Source of the DNA: Actinomycetes bacterium
GTDB taxonomy: Bacteria; Actinomycetota; Actinomycetes; S36-B12
Direction of reading: 5' to 3'
Assembly (NCBI GenBank): GCA_024639145.1
Contig: JAHEIZ010000005.1
Coordinates: forward strand, 4,717-68,716
Length of the DNA: 64,000 bases
In this document: one piece after another, positions 27,637-37,971 of the stretch
How positions within the stretch are numbered: position 1 is the stretch's first letter
Layout: each line of letters begins with the position of its first letter
The notes under the pieces: model-generated
Databases searched by the model: none
Told to the model about the DNA's origin: nothing
The model's input: only the letters and a program-made list of their open reading frames with translations
Program-made: the position numbers and the translations under genes

Positions 27637-29100
27637 TCAGCTTCGGAACGTGACTTCCTTCAAGCCGCCGCGGTATCCGGATCCGTCGGCGGGCAGTTTC
27701 GTGAACCACACCAGCACGTACCGACCTGTCACCGGTCGCGGGGATCGAATCTCGATCTGCTCCCCGGCACCCTCGACCGTGGCGACTGACGACCACAGTG
27801 CGGGATCAGGCTGGATGTCATTGGAGACGCGAATCTGCGCACTCGTGCCCGTGCCGTCGAAGCTCAGGAGAGCCGACTGGATCGGCCGAGGCTCACCGAG
27901 GTCGAAGACGATGCCGACTCCGCCCTTGCCGTCGAGATCGGCCGTGCCGTACCTGGCTGTCTGCCAGCCGGTGTCGGGATTGCCGTCGATCACGTTGATC
28001 GTGTCGGCGTCGTTCTCCTTGCCTTTGCGCTTGTCAGGTCGACCATTGCCGTTGTCATCGCCGAAGGGGTCATAGCTGCGCACAGTCGATATTGGCCAGA
28101 TCTGGCCCGTCGGCGCCGAGATTGTGGTGGGAGCGATGGACTCGGTGAGAATCGCAGTGTCGATCGTGACGGACTCTCGCGTGCTCCCCGAACCGCCGAA
28201 GGACAGCAACTTGAGGCCGACGAAGCCGAAGCCGATGATCACGACGATTGCCGCGAGCACCGCTACGACCGGCTGCCAGATGCGTCGCTGGCGCTGAACC
28301 GCAGACGTACCCGAGGCAATGGGGGTGACCTGACCGCGCGCATTCCCCAGGATCGACAGAAAGCCGTCGATGTCGGTCACGTTCATCACTCCGCGCGGCC
28401 GCTGCACTGACTGCACCGAGCGAGCGATCACGTCATCGAGTGAGCGGGGGACACTCGCTCGCACCCGTGACGGGGGAAGGACGTGGGCCCCGGCGCGTGC
28501 CGCCGGCTCGATGTTGTCGAGATCGGGCCCGGGCCAGGTGCCGGTCAGCAACAGGTAGAGAAGGGACCCGCAGCCATCAACATCAGCGGCCTGCTTGCTC
28601 ACCGAGGGATCCAGAACACCCCACAGGGCTGCGTCGACAGCGAGACCGCGCACGCGAACCTCACCGGCATCCGTCACGAACACCGAGGTCGGGCGCAGAC
28701 GCCCATGACTGACCTTTGTTGCCAGGCCCGCGGAGACGGCGAGTGCCACCTCGGTGATCAGCTCTACTGCTTCATCCGCCTTGAGCGGACCATCGGCGAT
28801 TAGCTCGACAAGTGAGCGACCTGAGGCCCACTCGCTGATGACGGCTACGAAGTCGAGTCCGTCGTGACTCGTCTGGAAGATGTCGAGCACGCGCACGAGA
28901 CGACGATCCTCGACTCGTGCCGCGGCCTGGGCCGAGCCCAGGAAGGCCGCGGCCCGCGGATCACCCGCATCGAGAAGTCGCAGTGACACGAGTCGATCGA
29001 GTACCGAGTCATGTGCGCGCCAGGTGGCGACGGCGCGATCGTCGACGCCGGGCTCGAGCTGCTCGAGCAGTTCGTAGCGACCGATGAAGAGGCCCTTCAT
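27637..29100 (-). CDS. membrane pseudokinase (degenerate Ser/Thr kinase fold) with extracellular discoidin/F5-8 type C-like domain
   Basis: The kinase-like N-terminus lacks GxGxxG, has VSLRLL where VAxK is expected, SHGRLRPTSV where HRDxKxxN is expected, and no DFG. One TM segment (WQPVVAVLAAIVVIIGFGFVGL). C-terminus DGNPDTGWQTARYG...GRYVLVWFTKLP. ATGA overlap with murJ. Confidence 0.7.
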   Translation of the reverse strand: MKGLFIGRYELLEQLEPGVDDRAVATWRAHDSVLDRLVSLRLLDAGDPRAAAFLGSAQAAARVEDRRLVRVLDIFQTSHDGLDFVAVISEWASGRSLVELIADGPLKADEAVELITEVALAVSAGLATKVSHGRLRPTSVFVTDAGEVRVRGLAVDAALWGVLDPSVSKQAADVDGCGSLLYLLLTGTWPGPDLDNIEPAARAGAHVLPPSRVRASVPRSLDDVIARSVQSVQRPRGVMNVTDIDGFLSILGNARGQVTPIASGTSAVQRQRRIWQPVVAVLAAIVVIIGFGFVGLKLLSFGGSGSTRESVTIDTAILTESIAPTTISAPTGQIWPISTVRSYDPFGDDNGNGRPDKRKGKENDADTINVIDGNPDTGWQTARYGTADLDGKGGVGIVFDLGEPRPIQSALLSFDGTGTSAQIRVSNDIQPDPALWSSVATVEGAGEQIEIRSPRPVTGRYVLVWFTKLPADGSGYRGGLKEVTFRS

Positions 29101-30752
29101 CGGCCGATCTTCCGACGCACGAGTGCCACGGCCTGCCCGACCTCATGCACCCGGAGGATCCACGCGCACAGGAAATAGACCGCGAGGCCGATCACTGAGA
29201 TCAGGACAACTTCCTCGAGCACGCCGAGCTTGGAGCGCTCGTAGATCTTCACCCCGCGTTCGAGCACCCAGGCGTATGTCGCGAACATCGCACCGAGCGA
29301 TACGAGGCCGGCGGCAATGAGCTTGACGAGAGTGATGACGGTTCGCCGCGTATCGAGACCGCCAAGGCGCCTGCCGAGGATGCACCAGGAGACGACGAAG
29401 GCGATCCAGTACGCGATGCCATAGGACAGTGCGAGCGACCCGACTTGGAAGCCGCCGGCGCGTGACGCATTGAACAGGGGAACCGCGATCGCCAGGAGCA
29501 CGACGTTGAAGGCGACGGTTATCCAGAACGGTGTCTTGGTGTCCTCGAGTGCGTAGTAACCGCGCAGCATCACGTAGAAGAGAGTGAAGGGCAGCAGGCC
29601 GATCATGAAGACCGAGACGATGGCACCCATAATCCCGGCCTGCTGCGGAGTTGCCGCGCCATAGCCGAAGAGCAGGATCGCGACGCCTGTGCCGATGCAC
29701 ATGAAGATTGCCGCAACCGGCACGATCAGGGCGGCGACGAGGCGCATGGTGGCGCCGACGTCATCGCCTACCTTGCGCAGGTTTCCGTCATGGGCCACCC
29801 TGCTGAGCGCCGGAAGCATCGCGGTAACGATGGACACAGTGATCACGCTGTGCGGAAGCATGAAGACGAGATGGGCCTTCTGGTACGTGGTCAGGCCCGC
29901 TGCGGCAACGCCCGCTGCGGCGGCATCGACGTTGGCCTTCGCGGCCAGCCGAGTGATCACGATGTACGCAGCCTGGTTCACGAAGACAAGGCCGATTGTC
30001 CAGAGAGCGAGGCTTCCGGTCTTGCCGAGCCCGGTGCCCCTCCAGTCGAATCGCGGCTTCCAGTGATACCCCGAGCGAATGAGCACCGGGATCAGGATCA
30101 GTGCCTGAACGATGACACCGAGGGTGGTGCCGATTCCGAGAATCAGCACCTGCTGGGTGGTGAGCGCGCCATCACCGGCGGCGGATGTGCCGGCGACGCC
30201 GATGAAGAGCAGGAAGGTGGCAATGGCCACGATGTTGTTGGCGATAGGCGCGAACATCGGTGCGCCGAATCGACCGCGTGCATTGAGCACTTGGCTCAGC
30301 ATCGTGTAGATGCCGTAGAAGAGAACCTGCGGAAGGCACAGGCGCGCGAAGGCCACGGCCAGGTCGTACTCATTCGCCGGATAGTTATCCGGTGTGTAGA
30401 GATCGACGATCAGCGGAGCGCACAGCACCGCGAGGATCGAGAACACCAGCAGGATCGAGCCCACGAGGGTGATGAGGCGATCGGCGTAGGCGCGACCGTC
30501 GTCTGCATCCTCCTTCATCCGCCGCACGAGTTGAGGCACGAATACCGCGTTCAGTGCTCCGCCGATGACCAGGATGTAGATAACCGTGGGCAGTGAGTTG
30601 CCCAGTGAGAAGGCATCGGAGACCAGGAAGAAGCCGAGGGCCGCCGTCGCGGCGATATCGCGGAAGACCCCGGTGATGCGCGAGGCAACCGTGCCGGCCG
30701 CCATCACGGCACTGGGCTTCATCAGCGATCGCGCTGATGCCGTATTGCTCAC
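29097..30752 (-). CDS. murJ: lipid II flippase MurJ (MviN)
   Basis: 551 aa polytopic protein. N-terminus ...AAGTVASRITGVFRDIAATAALG. GTGA overlap with the upstream gene. Confidence 0.9.
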   Translation of the reverse strand: MSNTASARSLMKPSAVMAAGTVASRITGVFRDIAATAALGFFLVSDAFSLGNSLPTVIYILVIGGALNAVFVPQLVRRMKEDADDGRAYADRLITLVGSILLVFSILAVLCAPLIVDLYTPDNYPANEYDLAVAFARLCLPQVLFYGIYTMLSQVLNARGRFGAPMFAPIANNIVAIATFLLFIGVAGTSAAGDGALTTQQVLILGIGTTLGVIVQALILIPVLIRSGYHWKPRFDWRGTGLGKTGSLALWTIGLVFVNQAAYIVITRLAAKANVDAAAAGVAAAGLTTYQKAHLVFMLPHSVITVSIVTAMLPALSRVAHDGNLRKVGDDVGATMRLVAALIVPVAAIFMCIGTGVAILLFGYGAATPQQAGIMGAIVSVFMIGLLPFTLFYVMLRGYYALEDTKTPFWITVAFNVVLLAIAVPLFNASRAGGFQVGSLALSYGIAYWIAFVVSWCILGRRLGGLDTRRTVITLVKLIAAGLVSLGAMFATYAWVLERGVKIYERSKLGVLEEVVLISVIGLAVYFLCAWILRVHEVGQAVALVRRKIGR

Positions 30753-31282
30753 GTGGACATGCTTCCCGATACCGACGAATTTCTGCCGGCATGAGCCTTG
30801 CGAATTCGCCGTGTCACACCCACGATGACGAACACCGCGAGAGCCAGGAACGCTACGAGCACGACCCAGCCGGCAGCACGCGCATACGCAGCGGACGCGA
30901 GCGTGACGGTGGCGGGAAGTGCCAGGCGCTTGCCACTCGGCGAGGTCACGCGCACAGATGCATCAAGTGGGCCATCTCCGATGATGCGTGCGTCGATCTC
31001 GACACTGCTGCGCATCCCCGGATCGACTACGACATTCTCGATCGGGTCGGAGTCCAGCCGCGACGAGGGAACTCCGACAAGCTCAATCGTGAGCGTGACC
31101 GGCGCACTGCTGATGTTCTCGACAGTGATCGGAACGCCGCCGGAGTCACCGGAGAACGTGATGCGGCCGGTCGACAGCACGGTGACGGGGTAGAGGCTGC
31201 GCTCAGTGCCGGCCGCGTGAGCCGGAGCCGCGACGAGCAACAGGAGGGCCACTGCTGCGAGCAGTGCACGACACAGGCGCAT
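30749..31282 (-). CDS. hypothetical secreted, C-terminally membrane-anchored protein
   Basis: 177 aa. Signal peptide [23 protein letters not shown] and a C-terminal TM segment (WVVLVAFLALAVFVIVGV). It occupies the position of the large conserved protein upstream of mviN in other actinobacteria but is much shorter. Confidence 0.5.
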   Translation of the reverse strand: MRLCRALLAAVALLLLVAAPAHAAGTERSLYPVTVLSTGRITFSGDSGGVPITVENISSAPVTLTIELVGVPSSRLDSDPIENVVVDPGMRSSVEIDARIIGDGPLDASVRVTSPSGKRLALPATVTLASAAYARAAGWVVLVAFLALAVFVIVGVTRRIRKAHAGRNSSVSGSMST

Positions 31283-31719
31283 CAGTACTCGAGAAGCAGA
31301 TCGGGAACGAGGGCGAGCAATTTGCGCTCATCGGCGTAGCGCAGGCGCGAGCTGACTTCGTCGAGAGGAACCCACTCCACCTCGACCACCTCGATGTCGG
31401 CGTCGGAGAGCTCGCCGCCCTCGGCTTCCATGAGGAAGTGATGGACGGTCTTGTGGATCTTGTGATTGTCGGCCATGAACCAGAAGTCGATCGTGCCGAG
31501 CGGAGCCAGCACCTTCCCGCTGATGCCTGTCTCTTCCTGGACCTCGCGTAGCGCGGCATCCTCGGCGGTCTCCCCGAGCTCGAGGTGTCCCTTGGGCAGT
31601 GACCAGATCAGGCGTCCTCGTCGATCCCGACGAGCGATGAGGGCTGCCTTCGGGCTCCCGGTGCGATCGAGGATCAGGCCCCCGGCGGAGGTCTCCTCTA
31701 CCGTCCGAGTGCTGGCCAT
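31282..31719 (-). CDS. NUDIX hydrolase
   Basis: Nudix box [23 protein letters not shown]. 145 aa. Confidence 0.85.
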   Translation of the reverse strand: MASTRTVEETSAGGLILDRTGSPKAALIARRDRRGRLIWSLPKGHLELGETAEDAALREVQEETGISGKVLAPLGTIDFWFMADNHKIHKTVHHFLMEAEGGELSDADIEVVEVEWVPLDEVSSRLRYADERKLLALVPDLLLEY

Positions 31720-31817
31720 GCTTCGAGGATAACCGCCCGGGGCGGCCAGCCCCCTGGGGTTCGACCGCGCCTTGATGCATTCGCTCCCGTGGGTCGAGGC
31801 TGGCTACGCTGCACGGC

Positions 31818-33266
31818 GTGTCATCGATGAAGGCCGCCGAGACGGCGCTGGCTCCCCTCATGGGCCTGCTCACCCGTCTGGGCGAACGTTTCACCGAGGC
31901 CGGTCATGAGATCGCCCTCGTCGGAGGCCCGGTACGCGACGCCCTGCTCGGTCGAGAGCTGGCCAAGGGTGGCGAGCAGATCGATCTGGATTTCACCACG
32001 AGCGCCCGCCCCGACGAGATCTTGGCCCTACTCGACGGCTGGGCCGACACCACCTGGGATGTCGGCATCCGCTTCGGAACGGTCGGTGCTCGCGTGCTCG
32101 GACGCGAATGCGAGATCACCACGTATCGCTCCGAGACGTACGACCCGCAGTCGCGAAAGCCGGAGATCGAGTTCGGGGAATCCCTCGCCGGTGACCTCGG
32201 ACGTCGCGACTTCACCGTCAACGCGATGGCCCTTCGACTGCCGAGCATGGAATTCGTCGACCTGTTCGGCGGCCTGACCGATCTCGAAGCCCGAGTGCTG
32301 CGCACCCCCGCCTCCCCGGAGATGTCGTTCAGTGATGATCCACTGCGCATGATGCGTGCGGCGCGCTTCGCCTCGCAGCTTGGCTTCGTGGTCGTGCCCG
32401 AGGTACTGGTCGCGATGAGCGAGATGAGCGATCGCATTGCCATCGTCAGTGCCGAGCGCACTCGCGAGGAGTTCATGAAGATCGTGATGTCACCTGATCC
32501 GCGCACCGGTCTCACGCTTCTCGTCGATACCGGACTCGCGGCGCACGTGCTCCCCGAGCTTCCGTTGCTTCGCCTGGAGGAAGACGAGCACCACCGGCAC
32601 AAGGATGTCTACGAGCACACGCTGATCGTCCTCGAGCAGGCGATTGATCTCGAGACTTCGCACGAGCCGGTATCCGGCCCGGATCCCGTACTTCGACTTG
32701 CCGCACTCCTGCACGACATCGGCAAGCCGCGCACCCGCAAGTTCGAGGGTGATGGACGAGTCTCGTTCCACCATCACGAAGTCGTGGGCGGTCGCATGAC
32801 GAAGAAACGAATGAAGGACATGCGCTTCTCGAATGACATGATCGACGACGTGTCGACCCTCGTCGAACTTCATCTTCGCTTTCACGGATACGGCACCGGC
32901 GAGTGGACCGACAGCGCAGTGCGCCGGTACGTGCGAGATGCCGGCCCGCTCCTCACGCGCCTGCACAAGCTCACTCGCGCTGACTCGACGACGCGCAATA
33001 AGCGGCGTGCCGCCGCGCTTCAGCGCGCCTATGACTCCCTCGAGGAGCGCATTACAGCACTCGCCGCCGAGGAGGAGCTCGCCGCCATTCGACCCGATCT
33101 CGATGGTGCGGCAATCATGCGCATCCTCGAGATTCCGCCAAGCCGTGTCGTGGGTGAGGCCTATGACTTCCTGCTCAATCTCCGTCTCGATCGCGGGCCG
33201 ATGAGCGAGGAGATGGCGACCGAGGCGTTGAAGGCATGGTGGGCAGCTCGGCCGACCACCGACTAG
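31818..33266 (+). CDS. cca: CCA tRNA nucleotidyltransferase / poly(A) polymerase family with HD domain
   Basis: Contains ALVGGPVRDALLGR...DLDFTT and the HD region LLHDIGKP. The start is GTG 31818 or ATG 31827. Confidence 0.85.
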   Translation: MSSMKAAETALAPLMGLLTRLGERFTEAGHEIALVGGPVRDALLGRELAKGGEQIDLDFTTSARPDEILALLDGWADTTWDVGIRFGTVGARVLGRECEITTYRSETYDPQSRKPEIEFGESLAGDLGRRDFTVNAMALRLPSMEFVDLFGGLTDLEARVLRTPASPEMSFSDDPLRMMRAARFASQLGFVVVPEVLVAMSEMSDRIAIVSAERTREEFMKIVMSPDPRTGLTLLVDTGLAAHVLPELPLLRLEEDEHHRHKDVYEHTLIVLEQAIDLETSHEPVSGPDPVLRLAALLHDIGKPRTRKFEGDGRVSFHHHEVVGGRMTKKRMKDMRFSNDMIDDVSTLVELHLRFHGYGTGEWTDSAVRRYVRDAGPLLTRLHKLTRADSTTRNKRRAAALQRAYDSLEERITALAAEEELAAIRPDLDGAAIMRILEIPPSRVVGEAYDFLLNLRLDRGPMSEEMATEALKAWWAARPTTD

Positions 33267-33304
33267 GCCGTTGAACGCCCCTGGATGCGCAGTAAGTTCC
33301 AGGC

Positions 33305-34738
33305 ATGACCTCGCACAGGCTTCCGACAGAAGTTCGCCTCTCCTCGATCGACGACCGACAGGCGGTGGGAACCTCCGCACGTGCGGCGCGATCACGCAGT
33401 TCACTTGCCACATGGGTGGCTCCTGCCGATCGACGTGATCCGGTCGTGCAGCTCGCGGAGCAGGAGGTGACGCGAATCCAGGCGCTTCTCCCCCTGCGTC
33501 ATGAGCGCATGTCCGTGAGTCCTTTCACGTTCTATCGGGGCTCCGCTGCAGTGATGGCCTCCGATCTTGCCTCCATGCCGAACACCGGGCTCACCGTCCA
33601 GCTGTGCGGTGATGCTCACCTGTCGAACTTCGGGCTCTTCGCAGGCCAGGACCGTGCTGTCATCTTCGACGTCAATGATTTCGATGAGACGAATCCGGGC
33701 CCGTTCGAATGGGATGTCATGCGACTCGCAGCGAGTTTCATGCTCGCCGCGCGTGACAATGCGTTCACTGATCAGGAGGCCGATGACATCGTCCGGCTCG
33801 TGGCCTCGTCCTATCGTCAGGCGATGTCCGACTATGCCGGCATGTCAGACCTCGCGATCTGGTACGACCGCATCAGCGCGGCAACTCTCGAGCAGTGGGC
33901 GACCGAGGTGGGCGGGCAGCGTGCGACCAAGCAGCTGAATAAGGTGATCGGCAAGGCGCAGTCGCGCGATGGATGGTCGGCAATCACCAAGTTGACCGAG
34001 GTAGTAGACGGCAATCGTCGATTCCTCGATCAGCCGCCGGTGCTCGTGCGGATATCCGATGGAGAGGATCTGCATCCGTGGCTCGACAAGCTTCTGGCCC
34101 AGTACCGCGATGATCTGCAGAGCGATCGCCGCGAGCTGATCCGCCGTTACCGAGTCGTTGATTTCGGGCACAAGGTCGTCGGTGTCGGAAGCGTCGGGCT
34201 GCGCGCATTCGTCCTTCTCTTGCAAGGTCGTGACGAGAACGATCTGCTCGTGCTCCAGGCGAAGGAAGCCGTGCAGAGCGTGCTCGAGCCGTATACGAAG
34301 TCATGCGTCTACGAGCACCAGGGGCAGCGCGTGGTCGAGGGTCAGCGACTCATGCAGGCGGCATCGGATGCATTCCTCGGGTGGGTGCAGGCTCCGAACG
34401 GCCGGCAGTTCTACATTCGCCAACTGCGCGATATGAAGTGGTCACCTGATATCGCGAAGCTTCCTGTTGGACAACTCGCCGGTTACGCAGCGCTGTGCGG
34501 GCGGACACTGGCACATGGCCATGCCCGATCGGGCGATCCGGTGGCTATCGCGGCGTACCTCGGCCAGAGCACCAAGTTCGATGACGCCATGAGCAGTTTC
34601 GCCCGCGCCTACGCCGTGCAGGTCGACAGTGATTTCGCCGCCTACACGGCTGCGATCGCCGACGGTCGGGTCGTGAGTGGTCCGGCAGATCTGAGCGGTG
34701 ATCGCATCCTCGAGCGCCACCAGCCGATCGTCGACTAG
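33305..34738 (+). CDS. DUF2252 domain protein
   Basis: 477 aa. Contains SPFTFYRGSAAVMASDLA, VQLCGDAHLSNFGLF and IFDVNDFDET..GPFEWDVMRLAAS, as I recall for DUF2252. Confidence 0.7.
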   Translation: MTSHRLPTEVRLSSIDDRQAVGTSARAARSRSSLATWVAPADRRDPVVQLAEQEVTRIQALLPLRHERMSVSPFTFYRGSAAVMASDLASMPNTGLTVQLCGDAHLSNFGLFAGQDRAVIFDVNDFDETNPGPFEWDVMRLAASFMLAARDNAFTDQEADDIVRLVASSYRQAMSDYAGMSDLAIWYDRISAATLEQWATEVGGQRATKQLNKVIGKAQSRDGWSAITKLTEVVDGNRRFLDQPPVLVRISDGEDLHPWLDKLLAQYRDDLQSDRRELIRRYRVVDFGHKVVGVGSVGLRAFVLLLQGRDENDLLVLQAKEAVQSVLEPYTKSCVYEHQGQRVVEGQRLMQAASDAFLGWVQAPNGRQFYIRQLRDMKWSPDIAKLPVGQLAGYAALCGRTLAHGHARSGDPVAIAAYLGQSTKFDDAMSSFARAYAVQVDSDFAAYTAAIADGRVVSGPADLSGDRILERHQPIVD

Positions 34739-35976
34739 TCGACGACGACCACGATCTCCTCGACCTCGACCTCGACGGTCTCCATGGTTGAGCCGATCAG
34801 CAGCTGGATGCCGGCGAACAGTCCCGCGGTCAGGAGCACGGTCCAGATGACGTGCCACGTGGAGAGCACATCGCCCGTGGTCAAGATCAGCACGCCGATC
34901 GCGGCGGCGATGGTGCGCCACAGATCTGAATGCGCCGCCATCGAACGAGCGATGCCGGTCGACGGAAGATCACTGCCGAGCTGCTCGAGGCCACCGGCAA
35001 GCCAGCGACGTGCCTTGCCGGCTGCGCCGACGCGCGAGCCGAGCCAGCCGGCGATCGCGATGATGATGCCGAGCACGATCATCGACTGAATGCCGAGGAT
35101 CAGGTACTTGAAGAAGGTGTCCCAGAAGGCCTGCGAGGCGGGCGCGAAGATCGTGCCCTGCAGCTGATCAGTGAAGATTCCCTGCGCGTAGTCGAGGCCG
35201 AACTTCGTGGCGAAGGTCATGACGATCAGGGCGATGCCGGCGGCGAGCACCATGCGTCCCTTGCGGCGAGCCAGCCATACCGCGAGGGCGAAGAGCGCAG
35301 CGAGCAGCAGCGGGAACCAGGCGAGCAGCGGTGAGGTGAGTGAGTAGATCGTGCGGATCTGAGCGAGAGCCGGTGAGTTGAAGAGGACGATCTGCTTGTC
35401 GATGGTGGGAATCGGAATGTTTGCTGCGACGCTGACACCACGATCGACCAGGTTCTGCTGGACAGCGCCGATCAGTGACGAGACGTCGAGAACTACGTCA
35501 TTGCCCTGAAGCGACACGGGACCGCCGTCCTTGCCTTCAAGGATCAGGAGAAGGCTCTTTTGGATACCGGTGTTCAGCGTGATCCAGATCTGCTGGAAGG
35601 CATCGGAGGCGACGAAGGTCGACACGGCCTGTCCGATGAGGCCATTGATGCCCGCAGCGATCGGAGCGCTGAGCTTCTCCTCGATGGCGGGGTTCTTGAC
35701 GATGTTGCCCAGGAGCCCTCCGACCAACTCCTGCGTGTCGATCTGCGAGGTGATGGCGTTGGTGACTGCGGTGGAGACCGACTCCTGGACATCAGCATTG
35801 GCTGCGAGCGGGCCCACGGTCTCGAGATAGCGCGTGGTGTCGATCACGGTGCGATGGCCCCAGTGACCGATGAGGGCCACTGGCGTGACCAGCACGGCGA
35901 TAATGAAGACCAGCAGGGCGGCGACAGAGCGCACCCCTACCTTGCGCTGCTTCGTGGGTGCCACTGCTGTGCTCAT
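34735..35976 (-). CDS. hypothetical polytopic membrane protein
   Basis: 413 aa with an N-terminal TM segment, a large extracytoplasmic segment, a C-terminal cluster of TM helices and an acidic tail. Confidence 0.6.
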   Translation of the reverse strand: MSTAVAPTKQRKVGVRSVAALLVFIIAVLVTPVALIGHWGHRTVIDTTRYLETVGPLAANADVQESVSTAVTNAITSQIDTQELVGGLLGNIVKNPAIEEKLSAPIAAGINGLIGQAVSTFVASDAFQQIWITLNTGIQKSLLLILEGKDGGPVSLQGNDVVLDVSSLIGAVQQNLVDRGVSVAANIPIPTIDKQIVLFNSPALAQIRTIYSLTSPLLAWFPLLLAALFALAVWLARRKGRMVLAAGIALIVMTFATKFGLDYAQGIFTDQLQGTIFAPASQAFWDTFFKYLILGIQSMIVLGIIIAIAGWLGSRVGAAGKARRWLAGGLEQLGSDLPSTGIARSMAAHSDLWRTIAAAIGVLILTTGDVLSTWHVIWTVLLTAGLFAGIQLLIGSTMETVEVEVEEIVVVVD

Positions 35977-36077
35977 CGGTGTCCTATCCGCCCGTGTCGA
36001 GGTGTGTCGAGCCCGAGCCTAGGGCCCTGCTCCCCCTGATTTCCACGACCTCGTGATCTGCCCTGGGATAGATGACA

Positions 36078-36115
36078 GAAACGGCCTCCGCCCCGTGAGG
36101 GATGAAGGCCGTTTC
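36078..36115 (-). terminator. hairpin downstream of ino1, candidate terminator
   Basis: GAAACGGCCT ... AGGCCGTTTC, a 10-bp stem with an 18-nt loop, followed on the minus strand by TGTCATC. Confidence 0.4.
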
Positions 36116-36127
36116 CGAAGGGAAGGA

Positions 36128-37207
36128 CTAGCGCTCGATTGCTCCTGAGATGAAGTCCTCGACAGCCTGCTTGGCCTGGCTGTCGTTGTACTGAACCGGC
36201 GGCGACTTCATGAAATAGCTGGACGCAGAGAGGATCGGGCCGCCAATGCCACGGTCCTTAGCGATCTTGGCTGCGCGCACCGCATCGATGATGACACCGG
36301 CGCTGTTCGGGGAGTCCCACACCTCGAGCTTGTACTCGAGGCTCAGCGGAACGTCGCCGAATGCGCGACCCTCGAGACGCACGAACGCCCACTTGCGATC
36401 GTCGAGCCACGCGATGTAATCGGACGGGCCGATGTGCACATTGCGATCACCGAGGTCATGTGAGAGTTGTGAAGTCACTGACTGGGTCTTGGAGATCTTC
36501 TTCGACTCGAGACGGTCACGCTCGAGCATGTTCTTGAAGTCCATGTTGCCACCGACATTGAGCTGGTACGTGCGATCGAGGATCACGCCGCGATCCTCGA
36601 ATAGCTTCGCGAGGACGCGGTGCGTGATGGTGGCACCGACCTGGCTCTTGATGTCGTCGCCGACGATCGGCAGACCGGCGTCCTCGAACTTCTTTGCCCA
36701 CTCGGGCGTGCCGGCGATGAAGACCGGGAGAGCGTTGACGAAGCCGCACCCGGCATCAATGGCGCACTGGGCGTAGAACTTGGCGGCCTCCTCAGAGCCC
36801 ACGGGCAAGTAGCACACGACGATGTCGACCTGTGCGTCCTTAAGCGCCGCAACCACATCGACTGCCGGAGCATCGGACTCGGTGATGGTCTCGCGGTAGT
36901 ACTTGCCGAGGCCATCGAGGGTTACGCCGCGCTGCACCGCGATGCCGGTCGTGGGCACGTCGCAGATCTTGATGGTGTTGTTCTCGGAGGCGTCGATAGC
37001 GTCGGCAAGATCGAGCCCGACCTTCTTGGCATCGACATCGAATGCGGCGACGAACTTCACGTCGCGCACGTGGTACTCGCCGAACTGCACATGCATGAGA
37101 CCGGGAACTGCGGCTGACGGATCAGCATCCTTGTAGTACTCGACACCCTGAATGAGTGAGGATGCGCAGTTGCCTACGCCGACGATCGCTACGCGAACTG
37201 AGGCCAT
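36128..37207 (-). CDS. ino1: inositol-3-phosphate synthase
   Basis: ATG 37207 follows GAAAGG and gives [26 protein letters not shown]. The track ORF extends to 37276. Confidence 0.92.
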   Translation of the reverse strand: MASVRVAIVGVGNCASSLIQGVEYYKDADPSAAVPGLMHVQFGEYHVRDVKFVAAFDVDAKKVGLDLADAIDASENNTIKICDVPTTGIAVQRGVTLDGLGKYYRETITESDAPAVDVVAALKDAQVDIVVCYLPVGSEEAAKFYAQCAIDAGCGFVNALPVFIAGTPEWAKKFEDAGLPIVGDDIKSQVGATITHRVLAKLFEDRGVILDRTYQLNVGGNMDFKNMLERDRLESKKISKTQSVTSQLSHDLGDRNVHIGPSDYIAWLDDRKWAFVRLEGRAFGDVPLSLEYKLEVWDSPNSAGVIIDAVRAAKIAKDRGIGGPILSASSYFMKSPPVQYNDSQAKQAVEDFISGAIER

Positions 37208-37265
37208 GGGGGAATGCCTTTCATGTGGGGATGGTGAATGCGCGGATGCGCGTGGGTGGTGCTGA

Positions 37266-37871
37266 CTACTCGACACCGATCAGTTGATCGGCCGTGGGAA
37301 GTTCTTCATTCGCGCCGCTCTGCTCGAGGTGAATGAGCTCGGTGAGCCAGGCAACCTCGCGCTCGGTGCCGTCGAGTCCATGCTGCTGAAGTTGCAATGT
37401 GTAGGTGTCCATGCGCTCGCGCCCGAGGCGGATTGCATCGCGCATTGACTGCATGCGCTCCTCGAGCCGGGAACGGCGACCCTCGAGGATCCGCAGCCGC
37501 ACGCGTGCCTCGGTCTTCGCGAAGAACGCCAGATGGGCGGCGAATCCTTCGTCCTCCCAGGCCTCAGGGCCCGGTTGGGCGACCCACTCGCCGAATGACT
37601 CACGCCCGGCAGGGGTCAGGGCATAGACGACCCGGGCGCGCTTGGCGGCCAGCGGCGGTGCGGCGGAGCCGAGTGCCGGAGTGGTGTCGACGTTCTCGAT
37701 CAAGCCACGCTCCTGAAGGCGGCGCAAGGCGGGGTAGAGGGAGCCGAAGGACAGGGCCCGGAAGGTGCCGAGGACGGCGGTCAGGCGCTTGCGAAGTTCG
37801 TAGCCATGCAAGGGGCCGTCAGCGAGCATGCCGAGAACGGCGAACTCGAGGACATCTGCCCGGCGTGCCAT
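37266..37871 (-). CDS. PadR family transcriptional regulator
   Basis: ATG 37871 follows GAAGGGG and gives [30 protein letters not shown]...[18 protein letters not shown]. Conserved pairing with ino1. Confidence 0.85.
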   Translation of the reverse strand: MARRADVLEFAVLGMLADGPLHGYELRKRLTAVLGTFRALSFGSLYPALRRLQERGLIENVDTTPALGSAAPPLAAKRARVVYALTPAGRESFGEWVAQPGPEAWEDEGFAAHLAFFAKTEARVRLRILEGRRSRLEERMQSMRDAIRLGRERMDTYTLQLQQHGLDGTEREVAWLTELIHLEQSGANEELPTADQLIGVE

Positions 37872-37905
37872 GGATACCCCTTCAGATGCCTGTAAGTAAG
37901 AATGA

Positions 37906-37915
37906 CGATATATCG
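37906..37915. promoter_or_regulatory. 10-bp perfect palindrome in AT-rich divergent promoter region (candidate PadR operator)
   Basis: CGATATATCG lies between the PadR start (37871) and the DUF5318 start (37972). It is flanked by TATAAA (plus strand, 37922) and TATACT (minus strand) -10-like hexamers. Confidence 0.3.
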
Positions 37916-37971
37916 AAAAAGTATAAATTCCAAAGTTCGCCGCACCGGGGCAGGCGACGTAAGGTGAATTC

